Shown: positions 16,834 to 27,849, numbered from the stretch's first letter. The stretch is DNA of 64,000 bases from Bacilli bacterium (GCA_017940265.1 JAGAYY010000031.1:9151-73150), one strand, 5' to 3'. The notes: generated by a model not told the origin, from the sequence alone. Program-made: numbers and translations.

Positions 16834-18615
16834 CTAGTCGTTTTTGAACTGTAAAAGATAGAGCTTGTGGTAATAACCCTTTTGTCTAAGTAAGGATTGA
16901 TGTGTGCCTTTTTCAATGACTTCACCTTTATTTAAGACAATGATTTGATCAGCGTTTTGAATCGTTGATAATCTATGAGCCACGACAAGCATTGTGCCGA
17001 TATTTTTAATCTTTTCTAAAGAATCTTGGATGAGCTTTTCAGTTTCTGTATCGATATTAGCGGTCGCTTCATCAAGAATAAGTATTTGTGGCTTATGTAA
17101 AACAGTTCTTGCAAATGAAAGAAGCTGTCTTTGACCTTGGGAGAAGTTTTCACCTTTTTCTAAGACTTCAGTATCTAAGCCATTATCTAATTTATTAATG
17201 AATTTATCAGCGTTCACATATTCACAAACTTTATTGATTTCTTCATCACTATATTCATCATCATGAAGGGTAATATTATTACGAATTGTGCCAGTGAATA
17301 AGAAAACGTCTTGAAGCATTTGTCCCACGGCTTTTCTTAAAGAATGGATTTCAATATCGTTAATATCCACTCCATCGAGGAAAATTTGACCCTTTTGGAT
17401 GGAGAAATTTCTCACTATCAAAGATAGAATTGTGGTTTTACCCGCTCCGGTAGCGCCCACAAAGGCGACAGTCTGACGTGGTTCAATCACAAATGAGACA
17501 TCCTTAAGGATCCATTCATCTTTTTCATAGGCAAACCAGACATTTTTAAATTCAATACGACCTTCAAAGTGGTCCATAACGATTGGATTTGGTTTATCTA
17601 AGACTTCTGGAGGTACATCAAGAAGGTTAAATAATCTCTCACTAGATGATGCGGCTTTTTGAATTTGATTGATTTGGTCCGCAATATTTTGTACTGGGTT
17701 AAAGAACCTGTTCAAATAGTTGTAGAAAGCCACGATAATACCTGGAGTAAAGTTAAACTTAACACCCACGAAGAAAGTCACCGCTAAAGCGGAGAAATAG
17801 ACAAATGTGATAAATGGACGATAAATAGCAAACGCCATTAAGACTTTGAACTTAGTGTTTCTTAATTGTTTGTTTTTAACATTGAATTCATTTTCCTTAC
17901 GCTTTTGTTGATTAAAGATTTGGATAATCTTCATACCAGAAAGATTCTCGTTAAGGAATGTGTTCATATCACTGGTGTATTGTCTTTCTTTACGGAATAA
18001 CTTGGTGACAATATTTCTAAAGATGAATGAGGCCACAAAGACAACGGCGACAAAGGCAAGGAGAATTAAAGAAAGCTGCCAAGATAAGATGAACATGATG
18101 ATATAGACACCAATAATGGTCAAAATGTTACGGAGTAACATAACCAAAACATTAGTGAATAAATCACTCATTGATGTCGTATAGTTAGCGACTCTAGTGA
18201 CTAAAGAGCCCACAGGCATCATATTAAACTGATTTTGTGACATGTTTTCAATATGCGTGAAGACTTCCATTCTTAGTTTATAAACAATTCTTTGACCAGC
18301 CTTTTGCAGGATCATACTCTCAAAGTAAATAAAGGTTTGTGACAAAATACTTAACGCAAGCCAGCCAAAAGATATGCCTAGAATTGTACTAAGCGAAGTC
18401 ATAATTATTGGCGCTTCTTCAGTCACGGCAATACTATCGACGAACTGTTTGATGATAAGTGGTAACAAGATATCACCACCGACATTTAATAAGATTAGAA
18501 AGAAGGCCAAAGCAAAAGCTTTCCATTCAGGAATGACGTAATGGCCAATGCGCTTCATCATCACTTTAAAAGGAATCTTTTTATCGCCAAAAAGCTTTTC
18601 ATTATCATCATTCAT
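16834..18615 (-). CDS. ABC exporter, fused permease/ATPase subunit (heterodimer partner B)
   Basis: Six TM helices, then Walker A GATGAGKTT, signature FSQGQRQLLSFAR and Walker B ILILDEAT. Confidence 0.9.
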   Translation of the reverse strand: MNDDNEKLFGDKKIPFKVMMKRIGHYVIPEWKAFALAFFLILLNVGGDILLPLIIKQFVDSIAVTEEAPIIMTSLSTILGISFGWLALSILSQTFIYFESMILQKAGQRIVYKLRMEVFTHIENMSQNQFNMMPVGSLVTRVANYTTSMSDLFTNVLVMLLRNILTIIGVYIIMFILSWQLSLILLAFVAVVFVASFIFRNIVTKLFRKERQYTSDMNTFLNENLSGMKIIQIFNQQKRKENEFNVKNKQLRNTKFKVLMAFAIYRPFITFVYFSALAVTFFVGVKFNFTPGIIVAFYNYLNRFFNPVQNIADQINQIQKAASSSERLFNLLDVPPEVLDKPNPIVMDHFEGRIEFKNVWFAYEKDEWILKDVSFVIEPRQTVAFVGATGAGKTTILSLIVRNFSIQKGQIFLDGVDINDIEIHSLRKAVGQMLQDVFLFTGTIRNNITLHDDEYSDEEINKVCEYVNADKFINKLDNGLDTEVLEKGENFSQGQRQLLSFARTVLHKPQILILDEATANIDTETEKLIQDSLEKIKNIGTMLVVAHRLSTIQNADQIIVLNKGEVIEKGTHQSLLRQKGYYHKLYLLQFKND

Positions 18616-20402
18616 TAGCTCTTACCTCCTTCCACTTCACTTTCGAGTTCTTGAAGTTTCACCATCTTTTGATAAGTTGGAGAAATCTTTAACAAGTTAT
18701 GAGGTGTGTCAAAAGCCTCGACTTCACCATCGTTTAAAACAATAATTTTATCTAACTGTGAAACTGTTGAAATACGAGATGCCACCACTAAAGTGGTCTT
18801 ACCTTTTCTTTCATTAGTGATATTGTGCAAAATTGTTTCTTCGGTTTTAGTGTCAACCGCACTAACGGAGTCATCTAAGATTAAGATTGGTGCATTTTTA
18901 ACATAAGCACGAGCGATAGAGATTCTTTGTTTTTGTCCACCAGAAAGAGTGACGCCTCTTTCACCAGAGACTGTTTGATAGCCCTTATTAAAGCCACGAA
19001 CATCATCATCAACACCGGCAAATATCGCGCCCATTCTCGCGGTTTCTTCAGTGCCGCTTTCTAGACCGAAATTAATATTATGTTCGATAGAATCAGAGAA
19101 AAGGAAATTATCTTGTGGGACATAAGCGATATGATCTCTAAGAGAATCAATATCTAAAGTCATGATGTCATGCCCGTCAATAAATAAAGTACCTGGTTCA
19201 ACGTTATACATCATTAATAAGACGTTAACTAAAGTTGTTTTACCACTACCGATTTTACCAACGATACCGATAGACTCACCAGCTTTGATTTCAAGATTGA
19301 TGTTCTTTAAGTTAGCGTAGTCATATGTTGGATAAGAGAAGCTAAAATTACGATAAGTAATATTGCCTTCAACTTGTTCTAACTTCACCGCATTTTCGGG
19401 TGATTTAACATTGATTTCACTACTTAAAAAAGCACTCACTCTCTTTAAAGAGGCTCTACTTCTAGAATACATTGGCACCACTTGACCTAAAGCAATCATT
19501 GGCCAAATAAGAATATCCATATAGCCAATAAAGACGATTAACTTATCAGGAGTGATTTCTTCAGTGACCCCAAATAAAGTAATCGCGCTTTCATGGTTAA
19601 AAGCGTAAACAAACCAGCCACCAAAGATGAGGGCGATAGCCATCATTAAAGCAATGATGATTTCAATAATGACATCGAAGATGACAGATAATCTGGCAAA
19701 TGAGATATTTACATTCGCATTCTTTTTAGCAACTTTTGCGAAAGCATGGATTTCTTTTGTTTCTTTAACAAAGGCTTTGATAACACGAATACCAGTGAAA
19801 TTTTCTTGTGAGAAATCATAGAGTTCATCATAAGCCTTTTGTCTTTCATCCCATTTCATGGCCATGAATTTTTCATTAATGACACCCCAAATGATGATTA
19901 AAACAATTGGAATAAAACAAATAAAAGACATGATGCCATCAAGCATTATCATCTTTACAATAGTAAGGACCGACAAGAATAATGAGTCTACAATCATGAC
20001 TGTGCCCCAGCCAAGGTGATCACTAATTGTTTCTAAGTCATTAGTGAACCAGCTCATCACGCTACCAACTTTCGTGTCATGATAAAACTGTCTTGGTAAA
20101 GCCTCTGCCTTTAAAAACATCTTATGACGTAAATCCGCTTCGATACGGAAAGAAGCATTAAATAAAGCGATACGCCAAATAAAGCGACCCACAAACATCC
20201 CTGCAGCCACGATTAAGACATATATACCTAAGGTAAAGATGCGGTTAGTGTCGCCGTTATGTTCTAAGATATAAACAACTTCACCAAGATATTCAGGAAT
20301 CTTAAGTTGGATATAATCGACCGCGATTAAAGCCAGGATGCCAATAAGAAACAGCCAGCCATATTTGAGATAATAACGATTAATGTACTTTCCGAATAAC
20401 AT
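18615..20402 (-). CDS. ABC exporter, fused permease/ATPase subunit (heterodimer partner A)
   Basis: Six TM helices, then Walker A GKIGSGKTT, signature LSGGQKQRISIARA and Walker B ILILDDS. Its stop overlaps the partner's start. Confidence 0.9.
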   Translation of the reverse strand: MLFGKYINRYYLKYGWLFLIGILALIAVDYIQLKIPEYLGEVVYILEHNGDTNRIFTLGIYVLIVAAGMFVGRFIWRIALFNASFRIEADLRHKMFLKAEALPRQFYHDTKVGSVMSWFTNDLETISDHLGWGTVMIVDSLFLSVLTIVKMIMLDGIMSFICFIPIVLIIIWGVINEKFMAMKWDERQKAYDELYDFSQENFTGIRVIKAFVKETKEIHAFAKVAKKNANVNISFARLSVIFDVIIEIIIALMMAIALIFGGWFVYAFNHESAITLFGVTEEITPDKLIVFIGYMDILIWPMIALGQVVPMYSRSRASLKRVSAFLSSEINVKSPENAVKLEQVEGNITYRNFSFSYPTYDYANLKNINLEIKAGESIGIVGKIGSGKTTLVNVLLMMYNVEPGTLFIDGHDIMTLDIDSLRDHIAYVPQDNFLFSDSIEHNINFGLESGTEETARMGAIFAGVDDDVRGFNKGYQTVSGERGVTLSGGQKQRISIARAYVKNAPILILDDSVSAVDTKTEETILHNITNERKGKTTLVVASRISTVSQLDKIIVLNDGEVEAFDTPHNLLKISPTYQKMVKLQELESEVEGGKS

Positions 20403-20416
20403 AAAAAATCTCTATT

Positions 20417-20445
20417 GGAAAAATCTTAACATATCAAAATGTTAA
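20417..20445 (-). terminator. Terminator after the lipoprotein gene
   Basis: TTAACAT-N6-ATGTTAA hairpin followed by GATTTTT on the minus strand. Confidence 0.45.
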
Positions 20446-20477
20446 AACAATACCAAACACATTATTAATGTATTTAT

Positions 20478-21140
20478 TTAATAATATAAGTCAATTTTCT
20501 CGAAAATTGCACGACGCTTACCAACTTTAATAGTGACCGCTCCAGCGGCTTGTTCTAAGTGGTAGCTAAGTTTACTAGAAGAAACTTCTTTGCTTTCTTC
20601 GTTAACTTCTTCGTTTAATTTAATGTAACCAGTATTATTGACGGCAATACAGACTTCATGGTCATAAGTTAAGACTTCTTCATTAAAGGCTGTAGAGATT
20701 GAATAATAAGGTTTAGCGGTTATTTCAATATTTTTAATATTGACATTGAAATATAAAGTAATCATGCCGTCCACATATGATGAATCCGCACCGATGAAGA
20801 AGGTGCCATCATCTTTAGTGCTCACATAATGCGGATTATCAACGCCTGTTAAGATGTCTTGATCCACATTTAAATAAGACATAATGAGTTCTTTATCTTC
20901 GATATCACTTTTTGAAGTGTTGATATTGGCAAATGTTAAAGTCGCTTTATTTAGACCAGTGTTATCTAGGGTAGCGTTATCCATGTAGGAGTAGCTAATC
21001 ACACCACCTTCTTTAGATGATGTTTCTCGATCTGGTCCAACGGAATGAGTGTCACCATTAGAAAAACCAATTTCTATTTGGTTATTACAACCAGTAAGAA
21101 GAATCACTAATGGGAGAAGTAATAATCTAGACTTTTTCAT
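20478..21140 (-). CDS. Lipoprotein of unknown function
   Basis: It has a signal peptide plus lipobox (MKKSRLLLLPLVILLTGC). The start is trimmed to that Met. Confidence 0.7.
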   Translation of the reverse strand: MKKSRLLLLPLVILLTGCNNQIEIGFSNGDTHSVGPDRETSSKEGGVISYSYMDNATLDNTGLNKATLTFANINTSKSDIEDKELIMSYLNVDQDILTGVDNPHYVSTKDDGTFFIGADSSYVDGMITLYFNVNIKNIEITAKPYYSISTAFNEEVLTYDHEVCIAVNNTGYIKLNEEVNEESKEVSSSKLSYHLEQAAGAVTIKVGKRRAIFEKIDLYY

Positions 21141-21161
21141 AGAAATATTATGACACATTTT

Positions 21162-22772
21162 TTATTTTTCGCTTTGATAAATATCACTAATTAAAAATTC
21201 CACCGTGGTCTTACCGTAGTATGTGGAGATTCTAAATGTTCCAATCATATCGACAAATTGATATTGGCTGATTTCACTTTTTGGGAAATAGAAGCCTGTT
21301 AATCTCGCAGCTTGACCAATGCTAGTAAGGATATGTTGAGTATCACGAGAATACATTAAAGACTGTGTTCTAATACGTGATAATTTGAACTTAGGAGATT
21401 GCCACATTTCTCCGAAAGGAGAAAATGATTGAATTAAATCATAGTTTTCACGCGTGATTTCGTTTAAATATAAATCAATTGTCTGTGGTCTTTCTTCTTT
21501 GATTTCTGTTTGCGCGGCTAGCGCAATAAAAGCGTCTTTAAATTCATCAAATAACTCTTTTTTAACAGAGCAACCACCAGCGGATTCATGACCACCTGCG
21601 GTCAACATATATTTATCTAATTTGTTAAAGGCATCAACGACATTAAAGCCCTTAGGAGCGCGGCATGAGCCCTTATAATATTCACCACTAGCGTCCAAGG
21701 CAAAGATGATTGTTGGTTTTAAATATTTCTTCGCAAAGTTATTAGCGATTAAACCAATAACCCCTTCTTTTTCATTAATAACCGCGATGATAGCCGCTTT
21801 ACTTGTATCAACTTCTTTACTATTTTCGGTAGCGATTTTAGTGATTTCTTTTCTTTCACTATTTACGGAATTAATCCACTCATTGTAGTTTAAAAGAAGG
21901 TTTTTGTCCTCGCTAGTGAAGAATTGGACAGTTTTAATAAGAGAATCCTCATCTTCCACTAAACGGCCAACAGCGTTGACTTTTGGGGCGATTTTCATGC
22001 CAATCGCGCTTTCATTGAAGCTTTCTTTTTCTTTTAATAAATCTATATTAAAGAATTGGCCTTCTTCATACTCTTCAATGACTAGTTTTAATAAGTTACG
22101 ATTATATTCTCTAATTGGCATCATATCTGAGACCACAGAGATACCCGCTAAGGTGGCGAGATATTGGTCATATCTTCCTAAGAATTCTTTAGCGAACATG
22201 AATGTCACAAAACCCGCACTTGTGGGTGTTTCACCAAAGTTAGAAACGACTGGGTGAAGAATATAGTCAGCAATAGGTAAAACTTCATCGGTTTGGTGAT
22301 GGTCAAAGACTAAGACTTGCATGCCATTTTTCTTACAATATTCAATGCCTTCAAAAGCGGTCACACCATTATCAACGGTAATTAATAAATCATAGCCATT
22401 TTTAACGATTTCTTCCGCGTGTTTGAGGGTTAAGCCATATCCATCGAGATAACGGCTAGGAACATAGTAGCTAACTGGATAAGAAAGATAAGAGAACATT
22501 TTGACTAAAATAGAGATCGACATGATGCCATCGCAGTCATAATCCCCATATATATAAATCTTCTTATTTTCTTTCATCGCACTTCTTACGACTTCGACGC
22601 ATTTATCGATGTCTTTAAAAGAGTGACCGATAGCGAAATTCTCTTCACTCACCGGAGCGAGGAGTTTTTGATATTCGCTTTCACTAATTTGGAAATATGT
22701 TAGAAGTCGATTGAGTAAAGTTTCCATATTCATATTATAAAATAAAGGCCGCTTATAAAGCAGCCTTTTCAT
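21162..22772 (-). CDS. recJ: Single-stranded-DNA exonuclease RecJ (DHH/DHHA1)
   Basis: DHH motifs (GDYDCDG, DNG, VFDHHQ) and DHHA1 motif GGHESAGG. The true start may be ATG 22733 or 22727, downstream of the hairpin at 22738-22768. Confidence 0.85.
   Translation of the reverse strand: MKRLLYKRPLFYNMNMETLLNRLLTYFQISESEYQKLLAPVSEENFAIGHSFKDIDKCVEVVRSAMKENKKIYIYGDYDCDGIMSISILVKMFSYLSYPVSYYVPSRYLDGYGLTLKHAEEIVKNGYDLLITVDNGVTAFEGIEYCKKNGMQVLVFDHHQTDEVLPIADYILHPVVSNFGETPTSAGFVTFMFAKEFLGRYDQYLATLAGISVVSDMMPIREYNRNLLKLVIEEYEEGQFFNIDLLKEKESFNESAIGMKIAPKVNAVGRLVEDEDSLIKTVQFFTSEDKNLLLNYNEWINSVNSERKEITKIATENSKEVDTSKAAIIAVINEKEGVIGLIANNFAKKYLKPTIIFALDASGEYYKGSCRAPKGFNVVDAFNKLDKYMLTAGGHESAGGCSVKKELFDEFKDAFIALAAQTEIKEERPQTIDLYLNEITRENYDLIQSFSPFGEMWQSPKFKLSRIRTQSLMYSRDTQHILTSIGQAARLTGFYFPKSEISQYQFVDMIGTFRISTYYGKTTVEFLISDIYQSEK
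22738..22768 (-). terminator. Hairpin plus T-run immediately after secDF
   Basis: AGGCTGC-tttataa-GCGGCCT followed by TTATTTTA on the minus strand. It lies inside the longest recJ ORF. Confidence 0.45.
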
Positions 22773-22775
22773 TAA

Positions 22776-25454
22776 TTAATCGTTAATGCCAATGAAGATT
22801 GCTTCTTCTGGTTCCGCAGATTTGTTGACACGTACTGGACGTGCTTTCTTCTTATTGGCTTTTGGTTTGATAATTCTAACACCGTGGAAGGCTTTAAAGA
22901 ACACTTGGGCTAATGGACCGAAACAGACGAGTGTAAGGCCAGTAGCAATGCTCACGCCTAAGATGACGGCTAAGAAGATATATGAGACATTTGTGAACAT
23001 GAAGCCGAAGAAGTTAACACCAAGGTATAAAGCCATAATGAAGGCAATGGTCATTGGTGTTGAGGCTAAAGCAGTAGCTTTAATCATCATTGCATTTCTT
23101 GCTTCAACGGAGTTGTCTCTATTACGATCATCGAGAATCATATCTCTTTCTTTATTCATTAAGATAATGCCAACCGCTAAGGAGAAGATGGCGACAAATG
23201 GAATTGCTAAACCAGCATAGGAAGTGACTGGTAAGAATCTTAACATCGCAAATAAGCCAGCGGCAATACCAGTGGCGCCAAAGCTTACGATTAAGGAAGC
23301 AAGGCCACGGCTTAAACGGTAACGGAGTAAGAGATAAACTGCACTAATACCTAAACCAACGCTTGTAGCGATGATTAAGGATGTAACAGAAGGTTGATCC
23401 GCACTAATTCTCACAGAATCCTTTAAGGAAACGTTAACATTAGCAGGCATATTGAGGTTTGCACCACTAGCGTTATTTAATTCATCAAGAGTGAAGAATT
23501 CGCTAACGGCGATTGGATTTAAATCACCATATTTGATCATTTCATCACCCTTCAATGGTTTATTGAAGTTAATGATGTAGTAACCATAGTAGACAGTAGC
23601 TGTACCACTTGCAGTGGTATCGTACTTAGAGGTGTATTCATATGTATCAAGTTCAGTAATTTCTTTTAAACTTGTGCCTTCTAAAGAGGCATTGTCTAAA
23701 ATAGCATCGATTCTTTCTTTAACATCAGAAGTTAATGTTGTATTACCAGCAACTTCACTGACATATTCAATATAGACTTGGCTATTGCCATATGGGGAAT
23801 CTGAACTATAGATAGCGCCTTTTTGCGCAATACCGAAGACGATCATAGAAGCCACACTAGCAACGAATAAGATAGCGGCAAGAATACCAACTGGTTTCTT
23901 ATGTTTTGTGAAGTCTTTGTCAGCGTTAGCGCCTTCGTATTTTTCTTTGCTTTCTTCTAAGCCATCAGCGACTTGATCTTTGCTGACATCGAATAAGTCA
24001 TAGCGACCAGCTAAGCCTTGTTCGTTTGTGACAAGCCATTCCATGCCACGTAAGAAGATGAGATTTAATAATAAGGAAACAACGCCACCTAAGATACTAA
24101 CGACAGCGAATGATTTCATCATAACGCCACCTAATAAGTAGCAAGCCACACCCATCGCCACTAAAACAACGTGTAAGTCAACGATTGGTAATAAGGACTT
24201 CTTAGCAGCTTCTGTATTAGCTTTCTTAAGAGTTCTACCACGGTAGCATTCTTCTTTGAATTTGTGCATATAGATGACACCGCTTAAGACACTGATTAAG
24301 CCTAAAGCGATTAAGCCAACCATACCAGCGACATTGAATTCAGCGCCTAATAAGACGACGAACAAGAAGCCTAAGAATGTAGCAATGATACTTGTCACTG
24401 CAATACCACTAGCGCCTAATCTATAGAAGTAGATAAGTAATAAGCTAATGACAGCGATAGCCACGATTGTAGCGATAAATGTTCTACTCCAGGCAATGGT
24501 CTTATGTGTGCCTAATTCCACTAAGCTTTCAACGAATAAGTTAGCGGTCTTAGAGAACATGAAGTCAACATGGTATTCCATTTGACCAGCATTGAGCAAG
24601 TTCACATAGTATTTTGCGTTTCTGAATGCTTTTCTTAAAGCGTCAGGAGAGACTTTACTATCTTCACCAACTTCTGGTTGGACATAAGCTCTTAAAGCGG
24701 TATGTTCTTCATCTAAGAATGGATCAGCAGCATCGAAAGTCATTAAGACTTTGCTAGCGATAGCTGCATCATATGTATCTTGAGAATTTTGATTGATTTT
24801 ATCATATGAGTAATAGTCTTCGATGTAGTCGTACCAGAGGTAGAGGTAAGCATGTCTTTTGGCTTCTTCTTCCTCTTCTTCACCTTCTTCGTGTTGGTGT
24901 TGTTCTTCGACTTCACCAGTATTGTTATCACTCATTTCCTTAGCTTCTGTATAAACAGCTTGGAATAATTCATTATCATAATTGATTGGAATGATGATTG
25001 TTGGATAGCCCTTATCACTGGTCCAATATGCTTCTTTATTTGTGTCGAGGAATTCAGTTGCTAAAGCATATGTTTCCTTTGAGTTTGAGATAGCCAAACT
25101 GGCATTAAATGAAAGGTAGTTTTGAATAATTTCGTATTCTTGATCTGTATCTTGAACGAAAGAAACTTTAATTGTATCAAAACCAGCGGTTTCAACTTTA
25201 TAACGAGAGATATCAGCAGTTGCTAATCTCTTTTCCATGATTTTTGCGGTTTCTTTAACAGCTTCATCATCGGTGAATTCATAGTCTTTGTCTGGATTAC
25301 CATCATCATCTTTAGCGTTGATGCGGAATGTTAATTCACGACCTCTCTCGAATTCGATATTACTGTTCATATTTGTAACTACGGTGGCAAATGTTGCCCC
25401 AACCATCAATAGCGAAGTAGCCGCTATGACAATATGTGACCATAATCTACGCAT
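22776..25454 (-). CDS. secDF: Fused protein-export membrane protein SecDF
   Basis: About 892 aa with two six-TM SecD/SecF modules and large external loops. The start is trimmed to MRRLWSH, preceded by AGGAGG. Confidence 0.9.
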   Translation of the reverse strand: MRRLWSHIVIAATSLLMVGATFATVVTNMNSNIEFERGRELTFRINAKDDDGNPDKDYEFTDDEAVKETAKIMEKRLATADISRYKVETAGFDTIKVSFVQDTDQEYEIIQNYLSFNASLAISNSKETYALATEFLDTNKEAYWTSDKGYPTIIIPINYDNELFQAVYTEAKEMSDNNTGEVEEQHQHEEGEEEEEEAKRHAYLYLWYDYIEDYYSYDKINQNSQDTYDAAIASKVLMTFDAADPFLDEEHTALRAYVQPEVGEDSKVSPDALRKAFRNAKYYVNLLNAGQMEYHVDFMFSKTANLFVESLVELGTHKTIAWSRTFIATIVAIAVISLLLIYFYRLGASGIAVTSIIATFLGFLFVVLLGAEFNVAGMVGLIALGLISVLSGVIYMHKFKEECYRGRTLKKANTEAAKKSLLPIVDLHVVLVAMGVACYLLGGVMMKSFAVVSILGGVVSLLLNLIFLRGMEWLVTNEQGLAGRYDLFDVSKDQVADGLEESKEKYEGANADKDFTKHKKPVGILAAILFVASVASMIVFGIAQKGAIYSSDSPYGNSQVYIEYVSEVAGNTTLTSDVKERIDAILDNASLEGTSLKEITELDTYEYTSKYDTTASGTATVYYGYYIINFNKPLKGDEMIKYGDLNPIAVSEFFTLDELNNASGANLNMPANVNVSLKDSVRISADQPSVTSLIIATSVGLGISAVYLLLRYRLSRGLASLIVSFGATGIAAGLFAMLRFLPVTSYAGLAIPFVAIFSLAVGIILMNKERDMILDDRNRDNSVEARNAMMIKATALASTPMTIAFIMALYLGVNFFGFMFTNVSYIFLAVILGVSIATGLTLVCFGPLAQVFFKAFHGVRIIKPKANKKKARPVRVNKSAEPEEAIFIGIND

Positions 25455-25560
25455 ATTTATTCCTCCTAATACGTGTATGTGCATTCGCTCGTAAGGCGAC
25501 GTCATTGAATAATATACTCTAATTACATAAGTAATTCAACATATTTATCGCACTTTCTAT

Positions 25561-25592
25561 AAAACAAAAGAACAAGAATTTTTTTCTTGTTC
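25561..25592 (-). terminator. Terminator after the 181-aa membrane protein gene
   Basis: GAACAAGAA-aaaaa-TTCTTGTTC hairpin followed by TTTTGTTTT on the minus strand. Confidence 0.75.
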
Positions 25593-25618
25593 ATCGATTG
25601 GTAAAAATAACACTAAAA

Positions 25619-26164
25619 TTATTTCAATAATTTTTCTTTAGCAATAACAACGGTTGGAATAGCTAGAAAAACGGCAGAAAGCAAACTTAATAAGGCTGCA
25701 AAAATATAGCCAACACCAAGTATTCCACCTTTATAAGAGGATGATTTAAGAGAAAGAATAACCTGTAATGGGATAAAAAGCATCAAAACAAATGATAAGG
25801 ACAAGAAGGCAATTGTAATAATATGCAAAATAAATGAAACAAATAGCAGCGAACGATCATCTTTAGTGGATAGATATGAGCCAAATAGCAATGAGAAAAA
25901 GCTTAATATCGTTAATACAAAAGAAATAACCGCTAATGGGGAAGGATGGAAGGTAGAAGTGTGTGTGGTTACATAAGTGTAGCCATAAGTATATGAATAA
26001 GTGGAACCAAATAACAAATCCCTTCCTGAAAAAGTGCTATTACCATCATTTTTAAATAAAATAGCACCAGTAGTGAATAAGAATAAAAGTATGATTAATA
26101 CAATAACTATCAAAACAATAAAACCAGTGTTTTTAAGTTTTTTTATTTTTTCATATTTAAACAT
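25619..26164 (-). CDS. Polytopic membrane protein, unknown function
   Basis: 181 aa with about five hydrophobic helices. It is tightly packed 3' of ruvB. I recognise no motif. Confidence 0.6.
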   Translation of the reverse strand: MFKYEKIKKLKNTGFIVLIVIVLIILLFLFTTGAILFKNDGNSTFSGRDLLFGSTYSYTYGYTYVTTHTSTFHPSPLAVISFVLTILSFFSLLFGSYLSTKDDRSLLFVSFILHIITIAFLSLSFVLMLFIPLQVILSLKSSSYKGGILGVGYIFAALLSLLSAVFLAIPTVVIAKEKLLK

Positions 26165-26166
26165 AA

Positions 26167-27177
26167 TCAGAATAATTTTGTTTGATAATTGATTTTTAGA
26201 TGCTTATAAGCCTTATCGGTAGCCACTCTACCACGAGCGGTTCGATCAATCATGCCGATTTGTAGTAAATAAGGTTCGTAAACATCTTCTAAATTATCAA
26301 TTTCTTCACCGATAGCACTAGCTAAAGTATCTAGTCCAACCGGTCCTCCCTTAAACCTTTCAATAATTGTTTTTAAATATCTAATGTCAACATCATCTAA
26401 ACCAAGCTCATCAACTTTCAACGCTTTTAAGGCTTGAAGAGCATCATTAACGGTGATGTGATCTTGACCAGCATAGTTAGCAAAGTCACGAACACGTCTA
26501 AATAATCTATTAGCAATACGCGGAGTACCACGTGAACGTTTAGCAATTTCTAAAGCCGCAGCATCTTCAATTGTGGTATTAAAGACTTTTGCGGTTCTTT
26601 TGACAATAGCGACACATTCATCAATATCATAGAAATTGAGCTTTTCAGAAATACCAAATCTACTTCTAAGAGGAGCACTTAAATTACCCGCACGGGTGGT
26701 CGCACCAATAAGTGTGAAAGGTGGTAAATCAATAGTTAAAGTTCTCGCGTTTGTATCACGATTAATAACGACGGAGAATTTGAAATCTTCCATGGCGTTA
26801 TATAGTGTTTCTTCCACTATTCGTGGAAGTCTATGGATTTCATCGATGAAAAGGATGTCTCCACCATCTTTATTTAAATTAGATAAAATTGCCCCTAAAT
26901 CACCAGGTTTTTCAAGCGCTGGACCATTAACAAAATGGATGTTAGCGTGCATCTCGTTAGCGACAACATAGGCCAAAGTTGTTTTACCTAAACCTGGAGG
27001 GCCATAGAAAAGAATATGGTCTAACGGTTCATCTCTATGAAGAGCGGCACCAATAAAGACTTTTAAATTAGCCTTTAAATCTTTTTGACCAACGTATTCA
27101 TCAAGAGTTTGCGGTCTAAGAGATAACTCTTCTTGTGATTCGTTACTATTTCTATTTGCGTCTAATAATCTGGACAT
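26167..27177 (-). CDS. ruvB: Holliday junction helicase RuvB
   Basis: AAA+ Walker [12 protein letters not shown], Walker B ILFIDEIH, and a winged-helix C-terminus. Confidence 0.95.
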   Translation of the reverse strand: MSRLLDANRNSNESQEELSLRPQTLDEYVGQKDLKANLKVFIGAALHRDEPLDHILFYGPPGLGKTTLAYVVANEMHANIHFVNGPALEKPGDLGAILSNLNKDGGDILFIDEIHRLPRIVEETLYNAMEDFKFSVVINRDTNARTLTIDLPPFTLIGATTRAGNLSAPLRSRFGISEKLNFYDIDECVAIVKRTAKVFNTTIEDAAALEIAKRSRGTPRIANRLFRRVRDFANYAGQDHITVNDALQALKALKVDELGLDDVDIRYLKTIIERFKGGPVGLDTLASAIGEEIDNLEDVYEPYLLQIGMIDRTARGRVATDKAYKHLKINYQTKLF

Positions 27178-27178
27178 A

Positions 27179-27730
27179 TTATTTCCTTAATTTAGCTAAA
27201 GCTAAGCGTAAGATTTCTTCTGGGGAAGCGTCTTTTTCATTGATGGTTGCTAAAACACGGTCAATAGCCGCTCCTTTAAAGCCTAATTCTTTTAAGGCTT
27301 CATACACTTCATCATAAACACCTGGATCACCTTTAGTGCCAGTTAATTCGCCTTTAAGATCAAGAATGATTTGGCTAGCGGCTTTCGCACCGATGCCTGG
27401 TAACTTCTTTAAATAAGCCACGTTATTAGAGGCAATCGCGTTTCTGACTCCATCCACGGTTGTGGCGCTTAAGGCACCGATAACTGTTTTTGGACCTAAG
27501 CCTTTAACTTTGATTAAAGATAAGAAGACTTTCTTTTCATCTAAAGATGAGAAGCCAACGAGATATTGTTCATCTTCTCTAATGACATTATATGTATATA
27601 AAAACACTTCTTGACCAACTTCGTAGTCACTAATATGACTGACCAAAACTTGATAGCCGACATCACGAACATCAACAATGACGGTATCGCCATCAGTCAT
27701 TAAAACTCTGCCTTTTAAAGAATAAATCAT
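27179..27730 (-). CDS. ruvA: Holliday junction DNA-binding protein RuvA
   Basis: OB domain followed by tandem HhH motifs ([17 protein letters not shown]). It lies 1 nt upstream of ruvB. Confidence 0.9.
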   Translation of the reverse strand: MIYSLKGRVLMTDGDTVIVDVRDVGYQVLVSHISDYEVGQEVFLYTYNVIREDEQYLVGFSSLDEKKVFLSLIKVKGLGPKTVIGALSATTVDGVRNAIASNNVAYLKKLPGIGAKAASQIILDLKGELTGTKGDPGVYDEVYEALKELGFKGAAIDRVLATINEKDASPEEILRLALAKLRK

Positions 27731-27750
27731 AGTAATTACCTTCCTTAATT

Positions 27751-27849
27751 TTACAAATTAACGATGATAAATAGAACAAGAAAAAGGAGAACAGCAAGTG
27801 CGCTTAATAAACTAGATATGAAAATTACCTCTAATTTATTAACCTTCAT
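27751..27849 (-). CDS. Candidate 32-aa single-TM micro-protein
   Basis: MKVNKLEVIFISSLLSALAVLLFLVLFIIVNL. Its ATG directly abuts the nadE stop (TAAATG). It is below the ORF-track size cutoff. Confidence 0.3.
   Translation of the reverse strand: MKVNKLEVIFISSLLSALAVLLFLVLFIIVNL

Noticed and set aside
24840-24900. An acidic low-complexity tract (EEQHQHEEGEEEEEEAKRH) inside SecDF, considered as a possible insertion or repeat element.
   Set aside because: It is in frame, lies within the variable external loop of SecD, and has no flanking repeats. I treat it as ordinary low-complexity expansion.
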